NCBI GenBank assembly: GCA_002633005.1
Contig: NMRA01000555.1
Span: forward strand, 99,514 to 163,513
Reading direction: 5' to 3'
Source of the DNA: Phoronis australis
Lineage: Eukaryota > Animalia > Phoronida
DNA length: 64,000 nt
Made by a program: the position numbers and the translations under genes
The notes under the pieces: model-generated
The model's database searches: none
Told to the model about the DNA's origin: nothing
Seen by the model: the letters and a program-made list of their open reading frames with translations, nothing else
Part shown: in pieces, positions 39,701 to 50,222 of the stretch
Position numbering within the stretch: position 1 is the first letter of the stretch
Layout: every line of letters starts with the position of its first letter

Positions 39701-40592
39701 GGAACCAATAAGCGGACGCCACGGTGTGTATACCATTCTCACCAACTACCGTGACGCCATCCAGTTCATTCACGATCAAACGCTGCGGTACATCAACAAA
39801 GGTTTGACACCGGATGAAATTGTGGAACGTATAAAACTACCTTCCACACTGAAGAACGATGTCCATCTCCGACAGATCTATGGAACAGTTCCGTGGTCGG
39901 TGCGAGGTGTGTTCAGTTCCCATCTCGGGTGGTTCAGCGGACGTCCGGAGGACTTGAATCCGCTATCGTATGAACAGCGTGGTAAGAGGATGGTTGAACT
40001 TCTCGGAAATGCAAAACTACTCATGGCGGCTGAAAAAGCGCTCTTTAACAGGGACCCTCAATGGGCGTTAGAATTGACTTCATTTCTTTTAACCTCGAAC
40101 GACCAAAAAGACAAGCATCAGGCGGGCAACATACGACAGAGAGCAATGAAGGCACTGGCTTCGCAACAGACGAGCGCAACTGGGCGAAATTATTACCTAA
40201 CGTCCATGTTGGAAGAAAGCGGAAAAATCACTATAAAACTACCGGAAAAGGCTAGAATTCACAAAATTAAGACAACGCCAATGAAATACCTCATGAACGT
40301 GTTTCCACGACTGTTTAATGCTGAATCATGCGGTAATATGCGTGAAACGGCCGTGTTTTACTTTTACGATTCCGGTGAGACATATACTCTTAAAATGAGA
40401 AATTCTATTTTGGAAGTGATCGAAGGGAATTCGAAGGATTTTGACTATAAGGTTACAACCAGCGAAGTTACATTTCGAAAAATAATGTCAAAAGAGAGAA
40501 ATTTCATTGTCGCCCTTTTTTGGCGGGAATTGTCCATACAAGGAAATCTATTTACTTTCAGAACGTTCATGGTGGAATGCCTTGACTCCTAG
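36588..40592 (+). CDS. Alkyl sulfatase, SdsA1/Pisa1/BDS1 family (MBL-fold catalytic, dimerisation and SCP2-like C-terminal domains); spliced gene of about 597 aa
   Basis: Exons 36588-36799, 37639-37845, 38811-39072 and 39481-40592 have AG/GT boundaries and compatible phases (0,0,1). Joined motifs: VIKVTDGVFVAIGYALAN, IIYTHSHADHVHG (HxHxDH), PGETEDQ, GDNYYRAFPNLYAIRG..RD, VPGH, YRDAIQFIHDQTLR, YGTVPWSVRG, GWFSG, RNYYL. AATAAA at 40742. Start codon uncertain. Confidence 0.92.
37639..37845 (+). CDS. Alkyl sulfatase exon carrying the HxHxDH zinc motif
   Basis: cctag|GTC...ATG|gtgag; encodes VTDGVFVAIGYALANTILIEAPDGAIIVDVTES...YTHSHADHVHGSM. Confidence 0.93.
38001..38574. mobile_element. MITE in an alkyl sulfatase intron
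   Basis: TIRs tagacagtgaccatcatctctag / ctagagacggtgatcactgtcta plus inner inverted ccggaagcttttcggcgaatt. Confidence 0.8.
38811..39072 (+). CDS. Alkyl sulfatase internal exon
   Basis: Polypyrimidine tract tttacag|GCG...G|gtaag; open frame AFVDDPED...RAMRQFGTFLP...SGIG...DVIIAG. Confidence 0.9.
39481..40592 (+). CDS. Alkyl sulfatase terminal exon
   Basis: ttttctcag acceptor. Contains the 354 aa track ORF with dimerisation-domain motifs and an SCP2-like C-terminus; stop TAG. Confidence 0.95.
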
Positions 40593-40789
40593 ATAGTCAA
40601 GCACTCGAATCCACAATGTACAGCCTCAAACATACACAGTGTTGACGAAATTTGTTTCAACGCTGTTTTCAAAAGCATTGAAGTGCTTTTGAAAAGCACC
40701 ATGAGCGTCACCTAGTGAGCATAGAGTCGCCCATTATCTGTAATAAATTTTGATGAGTTATTCCGACAGCAATGTCTAAATATCTAACC

Positions 40790-40813
40790 TATATCTATCT
40801 ATCTATCTATCTA

Positions 40814-40880
<67 letters not shown>
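40790..40880. repeat. (TATC)n(TA)n compound microsatellite
   Basis: Direct reading. Confidence 0.95.
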
Positions 40881-40882
<2 letters not shown>

Positions 40883-42185
40883 TGATAAATAATACTGCAT
40901 GTGTATATATGTATATCTTTGTGTGTGAGTGTGTGTGTATGTATGTACATGTGCACATGGACTGTAATTTATTATAATTACGTTATATTATATTACCTGT
41001 ACTTTTGAAACTTCTTCGTTGGCAAATTTTAAAACGGCCTTTCATCAAATAATAAGAAATTATTGTGGTGCTATCAAGTCATTCATATGTATTTATGACG
41101 TCATCAATAAATATATTAGAAATATACTGCATGATTTAGTGGACTGCTTTAGTACTTTTAAAAGAACTTCGGTCGTTGATAACGAAGGTATGCAGCAGCC
41201 AGTCTTAAAGAGGCTTGGAACGCGATAAGCAGACTCAATTGCAATGTTGAAAAGGGTTCTCTGCCACTGAAACAGAATTCATCCTGCTAACCGGGTATTT
41301 TTAGGGTTTGTTTGTAAAGATTTTTAATTTCTGTTGATATCAAAGCATTTTCTTTTATATTCGAGTTCAAAAAACGATCTTTCACACAACTACTCCACTC
41401 TTCATCGATTTTTCTCACACAAGGCAAAGCACGTCTCTTTATTTGGCATGGCAAGACATATAGGTACCACATTTCCCTGATATGGAAAATGTGACCTTTG
41501 ACCTCAAGCTACTGACTGTGAGCGCGTGCGCGCTTTTATCATAAGTGCGAGGGAGATTAGAAACTTTTTGGTAACCACCCGCTTATTTCAAAAACCATTA
41601 ATTTTGTGAATTTTCTGGAAATTTCCTCACAGGTGAAAGTGAATCACTCTGTACTAGACGTCGCCAGATGGTACTCTCGCCAGCAATTGTTTAAAGGCTA
41701 ATTTTACGTGAATCTGCTTTCCATGTCTGTAACAAATTGTACGTGCTTTTCGTGAGTGCGAAGTATCCCCAGGATACTGTCGCCGTGTAACGCACAGGCG
41801 GAAGTGTCCGTGAACAACTTTGACAAGAATACCCGTATCTAAAGTAACACCACAAATGATTTTCTCAGGTGGACCAGTGCACGAGGCACGCTATTGTGAT
41901 TTCGCACTCGAGAAGACCGTTACTATATGATGTTTCAAACATTTTAACACTCTTTGTTTTGTTTATTTGCGGAACGTTGCATCATACATTGTACATGTGC
42001 TTTATTTTCATTAAACCAACTCACTCCTACACAATGAAACATTCATAGGTCCATAAGGAGATGTCATTCGTGTAATTAGTAGATTGCATCTGTAATAATG
42101 AGAATGAAGATCGATTTAATATGTCGTCCTATTATGCAAAGAGTGTGACTATCCGGCTTTCAAAGAACCACCGCGTGAATCCCTG

Positions 42186-42298
42186 TAGACGTCATGTGAG
42201 CAAATTTAAATATCTTTGACAGTAATCAGCGACGGTATTCACTGAGAAAGACGAAACAACAGAAGAGTGTGAGCACTTTGAGGAGGTTGACAGGTAAC
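42186..42298 (+). promoter_or_regulatory. Candidate promoter and non-coding first exon of the cerebrin/PDF gene
   Basis: CRE-like GACGTCA (42188), TTTAAATA (42205), Inr-like TTCACT (about 42238), donor CAG|gtaac at 42294. The ATG exon is preceded by an acceptor, so a UTR exon is expected. Confidence 0.35.
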
Positions 42299-44695
42299 AA
42301 AAACTTTTCATTTTTGTTCAAATCTTTGAATGATTTCGGCAGAGGGTACTGGCTCTCCTTGCGTAAACCAAATGCAGACTACTGCGAACGTTTGAACTCA
42401 GAATACCTAAGTGTCACCTGGATTTGATAAAGTTTTTTGATGAAAACTCTTTTTTTCTTTTGGTAACTTAGGTGTAATTATAGTTTTCAAGCAAGTTGAA
42501 TAAATGACGGAAAAGAGGGAACGGGGCCGTAGGATGAGAGGGTGCACGTAGCTCAACCATACATGTATTTACTGGTGTAATGGCGAAACGGGGTTGACCG
42601 TCATAGGCGTAGGCTTGGAGTAAATGAAAATCGAGAATAAAAAGACGTGAGAGCGAAACAACCACAAAAGAGAATATTCAAGAGTAAATTTGTCAACTAC
42701 CTTTGCTGGGATTATCATTTGGAACATTGGTCAGGACATTTTTGTTTGGGTGCCTACATATTTTGAAGTATACATGTAGATCGTCTAATCACACGTGCAA
42801 AAGTGTTTTTAATCATACCTAGGACAATATGTCATACGTACTGTTTGTTATGCAGGAAAACCCAGATAACTTGATTAACAATTGTATATTCAAAAAACAT
42901 GATTTTCAGAATGCAAAGCCGTCTTCACCCTCTTTGGGAAGGGGCAATGGAGGCCGCATCTGTCGCTCGCATTGTTTTGTTATTATTTTCTCGAAATGTT
43001 GCGTCAAAATAAACTGGGAAACTTACAGGTAGGGGTTATAATGAAGGAAGTTGCTCATTGCGTGTTGTTGAAAGTTACGTGTTTTTCACATTTTGGGAGA
43101 GGTTGCTCGGTAATGGCCTCCGCGGTAAGCCTCCTTCCGTTCTTCATAAGCATGTTTTCTTTTTAAGAGACCACACACGGAGGGGGCACCTAATACAACA
43201 TTGCTTGCCATTGACTTCACCAGATTGTGTGAAATCATACCACTTCTTAATGTAAAGAACGTCAGGTCTCTGAGGGTCAGCAGGTGATGGAATCAATTGT
43301 CACTATTTTCTAGTTTTTAAAGATATGATGGGTTTCTCTAGGCCCCTCATATTATTGGCCACAATTTGTCCGCTTTAAACCTTGCATTGTCAATTAATCA
43401 TAAAGGAAGTAGGGAAATTTCAAACTGGTAGAGAATATCCACCGAAATTGTTCGTGGGAAACCAACCAGCTTTAAATTGTGCGGCCTAAGCAACCACACT
43501 ATCGAAAAAAGTATTAGCGATGGTAATATATTCATTTAACTTTCGATACTTTATTCTAAAGAATTTCAAGAATAACAATTACTTTGAAGATCGTCATTAG
43601 GAATGTTCTTTGAAACTAGCATACGACCACAACAAAGTCAGGGTATTAATGTATTTTTGATGTCCGAGCACCGTATACAAGTATGTTCCTAAAGAAGTAA
43701 GGTGCTCAAAGTACATGTTCTGCAAGTTTTTAGAATATATGTACACATTTAAGTTATGAAGCGCAACAGGCTACCTGTAACACAAACCAGAATTCACGTC
43801 GCCGGATGCTTCATCTGCGAAGCTCTTTTGATTGCCCGTCGAATATCTGCGCGAACTGAAATTGTTAATTATTGATTAAAAAATGTCTGGACCTACCCTT
43901 ATCTCAAACAGCGCGTGATCACGTGCTTTGATTGTAGCACGTGGTGATATCTCACGACGTGTGGCGTTTTCTGTGAGTCGAGATCCTCGTCATCTATTGG
44001 AGGCACGCCTGATTTTGGATTTAGATGCATACATCCAGGAAAATGAGCTAACTCACAAGCAATGTTTGAGAATTAGAAGCAATTATCTAAGAAAACGATG
44101 ACGTTTCGGTCAACTTAGGTGTAAATTAAAATTAGGGATAATCTAGCATGTGACCCACAAAGCACCACAGCGCGCTAGATGACTTTTGCCAATCTGAAAT
44201 AAGCCTCTATTTTGGGGAATCTTGACGTAGACTGGGGTATTTCCACTGGTTCTATATTATTTCCCCCTCACCGTTCACCTTGATAATGAACAGAAAATGA
44301 AGGATTTATCCGCGTACTTCTTCTCTGCAGTCACAATTGTTTTCTGAAGAGAAATAACTTTCTCATTTTTTTGGAAATCAAGATAAACTTTACATTGTTT
44401 GGTATACATGTACTTTTGTATTATGTCACCCCTCAATACAAGTTGTCTTGTGCATTAGAAATTCTTCACTACAGTCTGTTAGGAAGAAGACTTCGGCTTG
44501 AGCCTTGCTGCCACCAAGCTGTTGAGCATATACATGTACACTGCAGAGCAGTCATCCACCATTTAGATTTCAATCATAAACTTGTATGTTTTCCAGTCAT
44601 GATTGTTGCTCTGACTAAATGCATATATATGTGACGTTCACATTGGAAATTAGTGACAGTAAGTTATATACATTCCTTTCCCATTTCAGAAAGAG

Positions 44696-44830
44696 ATGAA
44701 GTGTTTTAAAAGAAATGGTTTCGTTGCTGCATGCAGCTTTCTTCTAACTCTATTTGTTATTGTGAGAGGAGGCCCTGTACCGCAGAGCTACGAGAAGGTG
44801 TTAGCTTCATCTTACGGAAATTTGAGAAAA
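44696..44830 (+). CDS. Cerebrin/PDF precursor signal-peptide exon
   Basis: Preceded by acceptor ccatttcag; basic N-region, hydrophobic core, small-residue cleavage site; phase-0 donor AAA|gtaagt. Confidence 0.75.
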
Positions 44831-47800
44831 GTAAGTTTTGCCGATTCAGATACTTTATTCGTCATATCCGTTTAACACGGAGACCTTGAATGACCGAAGT
44901 GAAAATGCATTTAAACGGAACTGCATTATACACATTTGGAAGAGAACAAAAAAATGTCAGCCTCCGCGCCAAGGAGATGAACCATTGGGCCTGACATGAA
45001 ACTGGCACTTTTTATGAAATTCTTAGAACGCTGCTTCGATTTTTGAAACACTTTCAAAATTGGGTCATTCTCTAAAACCCTGCTTTCTTAAAGGGTAGTC
45101 TCCAAAACCTTCGTTTCGTAGTTGTCCGTCTTCAAAACAAAATTCTCAATTAAGCGGGAAAGGAAAAGTCTCATCAAAAGAGCACTGGAAACTACATGTG
45201 TTACCATAAGCAGCTTAAATGCACTGCTTTCAGTCCTAGCATGTTATGGGACCGAGATGTATATTTCAATAACGGGTTTAGAAACCCTCTATTGACATGA
45301 CTAAAGACTATGTCGGTATGGGGATTTACACGGAACTTTTTCTTTCGAAAATTTTGTTGACCGCTTCCTACTTTCGCAATCCTAGGTTTCCAGATCCGAC
45401 TGTCTGGTGTGAAACAGTCGGATTTGTGACGTTTTGTCAGATATTGCCTTTCTGTAAAGAAGTTGGCCTTCGAAACGCCCTACACAGTGAAGTAGAATTC
45501 GAACTGTTCGTATTGGTTGGATAATAATATTCAAACATCCCGATTGGTTGTACATTTATCAGCACTATTCCACAAAGTTTTATTATGACGATATATGATT
45601 GCATTTAGGATCATGCGCCTACATTCGACAATACGTCTATCTTGTGCCTATACGCCAACCAAACGAGTAAAACAATGTTTCAAATTGATGCACTCCATCA
45701 TTTATACGAATCGCTATTCGGCTCTCGCAATGCAAATATTCTTGCCAATGTATGATACTGGCTCGCTCGGTGCGCCTGGCCTTGTGTGCATGTACATGTA
45801 TTTACGGGCTTGCATGTTAGTTTACAAACGGTTGAAATTTGTAGAATTTTGTTAACATCCATTGAAAATTTATAAAAATTGCACCTCGAAAGATCGCCCC
45901 TTCAAAAGAAGATTTTAGAAGGCTTTTAGTGACTTTTTTAAAACATCTGCATGTGACGTCAGACTTTAAACTCCACCGTGCATTTCCACCGAGTAATTTG
46001 TGAATTTTGCGTTTGTGACGATGAAGATTCTACATGTAGGTTTGTTCAGTTAGTGTTATTATTTATGGCGGTTGCTGCTTTTATGCTTTAACGAGGTGAC
46101 ACTGCACATTTATAACAATTAATGGAATATCTTGCATATGGAACTCAGTAATATGCTTAGCGTTCAAAAAGTAGACTGCTTCCGCAATCATGCCATTATT
46201 TTCATCAGCAATTTTGAGAAAAAATCGCTAGAGACTCTCTTTTGGATAATTCTTAATTCAAAGCAGATGTTGGTTTCAATTCAAAATGGAAAACTAAATC
46301 ACTTCAGATGCGAAAAGATCAGATGACACTGCTTAGAAAATGAATCATCAGGTAAACTCGTGCTATTTCACTAAAATTTTTAACGCCCAATTAAGACACG
46401 ATTTTATTATTGCGGGGAGGTGCGCTGTCTGTACTATAACACAGATTAAAAATTGTTGAGCATTTACTTAAACTCTTATTGAAATTTGATCAATTTGGTA
46501 TAATTTTTCAGGCTACTAAGTCTGCAAGTCAAAATATTTATATCCGGATTTGAAATGCCTTTCCTTTCGGTGACATTGGTTATGACATCGTGTTGCTGAG
46601 GAATGTCCTCCGAATTTCCAGAATCCTACGTGCATATCAAAATGGCGACATTAAAAAAGATGTCTATTGTACAGGGTTTGCAACATGCATTTCCAGGGTT
46701 ACAAACCATTCAGCAAAGCTTGGTAACATGGGCATATGTGGCGCGCGCCATAGGGGGCTGAGAGGGCTATAACCCCCACTTATTTCAATGCTACGCCGTC
46801 CGTGCTACTAGGCTGAGTTTCGCTTCTTTTACCTTTTGTTACACCAAAGAATCAAGTCGTCTGACGTAAATTTTAAGAGTAAGGCGCACTTCTGTTTACA
46901 AAGTTCGGTATAGTAGATCTACTATTAAGCTTTATAACGGCGGCTGTCATTACTTTGATGGCAGTATCCACCTCCGCATAGTTTGTTAACCAAATTGTGT
47001 TGGTTTTTCCGACTAGTGTATCCCCACAGGTTTGTAGTACATGTACTTTTTCTGCATGAGAGTGGCCACGTCTGATTTAAAAAGAGACTATTTGAAATAA
47101 GTTTACGCCTATGATTTCTTAGTAATAAGGATTTAACGAGACAGGCAAGGAAATGATTCAGTAGCGTCAGTCCCAGAGAAACGTCATACTTCCTGCGAGC
47201 TTGTTCCAAAACGGAATCATATCACGCTTCGTTAATTTGTTCTTTGAGTGGGATCGTGACGTCGCAAACGCTTCCGCCTTCCGCTTTTGTACATACGCGT
47301 GTGACACACGGGATTCAAGAGTTCACCTTGCAGTAGTCATAATTATCCATATTTTAAAACATTTTCCGTGAATATATTTGAACAGTGAGTGTGTACTCAG
47401 ATACTTAAAAAGGTATTTGTTTTTTTCAAATCCCAGTAGGCTGGTAATTAGCAAAGACAGGGCGGGATGATTTGCTACGATGACCTGGCGCATTTAACTT
47501 AAACCAAACGACATCCGTTTGGAGTACTGTGGCATAACCAACACTAATCGACACTTTGCACCCACGCCTAGACGTCTGTACTTAGGTGCTTGGCTCAAAC
47601 AGAACCAAAATATTAAATCTTCGAGAAAGAGCGATAAATGAAGTTCCATAACACCAGGGGAATGCCAATTTTCAAGATAAATAATTATCTCCATTACTTA
47701 AAGACGGCTTAATGCAAGACTATTTGCAGTTAAAATTATTCTCAAGACGACTTTCAATTAATGTTAGTTGCCAATGAACACGATATGCTCTCAAGATGTT

Positions 47801-48797
47801 ACCGTCATCTTTTTTGTGTTTAATTTCTCGAATTAGCGTCGCGATAGTTGCATGGTTTTGAAGATTTTTGTTATAAGCAGGTGTTTGTTCATTTTTGCCA
47901 AAGAGTAATGTGCATTACATGTAGCGCAGACATTATTGAGAAGGAAGGCAGCGAAATGACATGTTGACATTGGCATTCATATTCTTACGATTTGGGATTG
48001 GTGAGGAAGGGTTCCAAACTACGAACTATTATGAAGCCACAGCTACATGTACATGTACATTTCCTGCCAACAGATGACGCGGATAATGCCTACAGTTGTA
48101 TGCTTGAACTTACTAACAGTAAAACATCCGTACTTCTGTTGGATGAAAATTGAATCGCGACACGTAGTCACCGGGTAACACGACCCACTCAACAGCGAGT
48201 CGGCACGTGGAAACCTGTTGCATTTCGGCTGCAGTGTGTGTGTAACACAGCGCGTGTGAAACACGGACCGATTGGTGCAAAATTTTGTGAAGGATTAAAG
48301 TTGTTCGCCTAAAACTGCATTTACAATCAAAAGCCTACCGCATTTTTCCACGTCGGACTCATGTTGTGTTTAGACCATGAATTACAATGAACGAAATGAT
48401 TAATGATAGAACGTATTTGTAGGGTCTTGTGCTTGGTTTGTTAAAGACAAAGATTCCACGTGCGATATATCTGTACGACACGGATGAGAGAAGGAATTAT
48501 GTACAACAGCCTCGAAGTGCGCCATCTTTTTTAAAAGACTACCCAATCGTAATCTCGGATGGCCACGATATCGACGAGAGTGAATTACAAGCGAACAAAA
48601 TGAACATGGCAAATAATGGTGGAGCGACAACAGATGACGAAACGAACGGGTACAAATATATGGTAAACCGTTTGGACAACTTAGACAGCCTAATACATGA
48701 TCCTGAATATAAACCACAGGGGATGGAAGAGAAGAGAAACGCCGGAACTCGAGATATGATGTACAACCTTCCAGACTTTCATAAAATAGGAAAGTAA
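44696..48797 (+). CDS. PDF: Cerebrin / pigment-dispersing factor (PDF)-family neuropeptide precursor, about 169 aa, 2 coding exons
   Basis: Exon 44696-44830 encodes MKCFKRNGFVAACSFLLTLFVIVRG-GPVP... (signal peptide; donor gtaag). Exon 48423-48797 ends KR-NAGTRDMMYNLPDFHKI-GK-stop. The peptide matches Aplysia cerebrin NGGTADALYNLPDLEKIamide (recalled sequence) at 11/17 positions. AATAAA at 48940. An extra internal exon cannot be excluded. Confidence 0.88.
48423..48797 (+). CDS. Cerebrin/PDF precursor terminal exon (mature peptide at 48738-48788)
   Basis: tttgtag acceptor; dibasic KR, 17-mer, Gly amide donor, Lys, stop. Confidence 0.9.
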   Translation, partial: GLVLGLLKTKIPRAIYLYDTDERRNYVQQPRSAPSFLKDYPIVISDGHDIDESELQANKMNMANNGGATTDDETNGYKYMVNRLDNLDSLIHDPEYKPQGMEEKRNAGTRDMMYNLPDFHKIGK

Positions 48798-50117
48798 TGC
48801 TAATTATTATTTCAATTTTGAAAAAGGAAACAAGTTCGCTATTTCAATTTCACACAACATTGCATCTATACATTTATCTCTGTAATAATTTGAAACTGTC
48901 TTCCGATTATATTTGACGCCACATCAAAAACATTTCTGAAATAAAAGAAAATAATGAAACTTAACAAAGTGCGTCATTTTATAGGGTGGTGTTCACATGT
49001 GGTTCAGAAAGACGACGCCGAACAAAACTATTATGCATTGTCATTCATAAATGGAGTTATGGCACAGCGAGCTTTCCCCCTTCCAAAATAGCGCTGCCAG
49101 TACTTATTCACGTAGTAAATGCGTTTTCGCGTACATTTCCAACTGTGGACTTCGTAAAAGTTATCTGAGGTTTGGCTGATGCGTTGCGCGTAATTACGTG
49201 GTGCGATGCACAACAGCGACGCCCCTGGAGAAAACTTATCTTTGCAACCACTGACAGGAAGGATAATGAAATGAAGAAAATGTCATTCTTAATTACATGT
49301 AAAAATGACAACGGCAACAACAAAAGTCTTAGAAATAGCTTTTCATACAGTGGAAGCAAAATTGAATTTAATGCAGAATAACAACAAGTATTTATTCATC
49401 AACATTCCTCACATAAAACAAACAACATAATCAAGGATTCATAATATCACTGGTTCTCTAATAAGCGGCCATAAAATACGAGTTCACGGTCCCGAGTTGA
49501 GCATGCGCAGAGATAGATTCGACATCCACATTGCTCTCTACAATAACCAGAAACTGAAATCCAGCTTTCTCTTTAAATGCGTAGCAACTGTCGAAAATAT
49601 TGCATGATAATAGATTCACGCCAACGTTACTTGAATTCTGTGGTAATGCTTAGGCGCAATTTAACTTTCAGATTATTCATGGATTTACTTTTTGTCCCGT
49701 CTTTCGACTTCATTGGTTAGCCGATGCAGGGTTAATGGGTAATAGTAAAAATTTCCCATTGTATTTTCCATTTTAATGTTATTCAATTCAATTGAAATAA
49801 TTCATAGGCTTGCTTTTGATAGATAGCAAACCAACAACCCGAATACTATTCCTAGAGCTGAATCTGTGAAAATTTTGGGTGACCTTCAATATTACTGGTA
49901 CCATTGTAAATTTTGCGCTCCAAAATAGAGCGTACATGGTTGTCAGACAATACGAGTTTGTGGTAACTCTGAATAGTTTTGAAATTGCGTAATATCGGTG
50001 TTATCAGGTCTTACTCTCCAGTCCACTGGTGGTGCGCGTTTTTGTTGTTTTCATTACGTAAATAAGTATTCAAGACCATCGGGAAGAAATCGTGAACTCG
50101 TGTGTTCGTTGTTGTAT

Positions 50118-50222
50118 TCAGCGCCACCCGTGTACGTCCATCTTGACCAATCTTGGCGATTCGTCCAATCCACCCACGAAAATTTCGTCACCACTGGCGG
50201 CGATAGCATGAGGCTTGTCAGG
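50118..50222 (-). CDS. PAL: PAL terminal coding exon PDKPHAIAASGDEIFVGGLDESPRLVKMDVHGWR*
   Basis: tttcag acceptor, phase 0, PH motif of the last blade, TGA stop; minus-strand AATAAA at 49391-49396. Confidence 0.85.
   Translation of the reverse strand, partial: PDKPHAIAASGDEIFVGGLDESPRLVKMDVHGWR

Noticed and set aside
36588-40592. Bacterial contamination as the source of the sulfatase
   Set aside because: The gene has canonical spliceosomal introns, an intronic MITE, a polyA signal and contiguous animal genes.
46512-46553. Possible middle exon of the cerebrin precursor after tttttcag
   Set aside because: In-frame TGA before any donor in the required phase.
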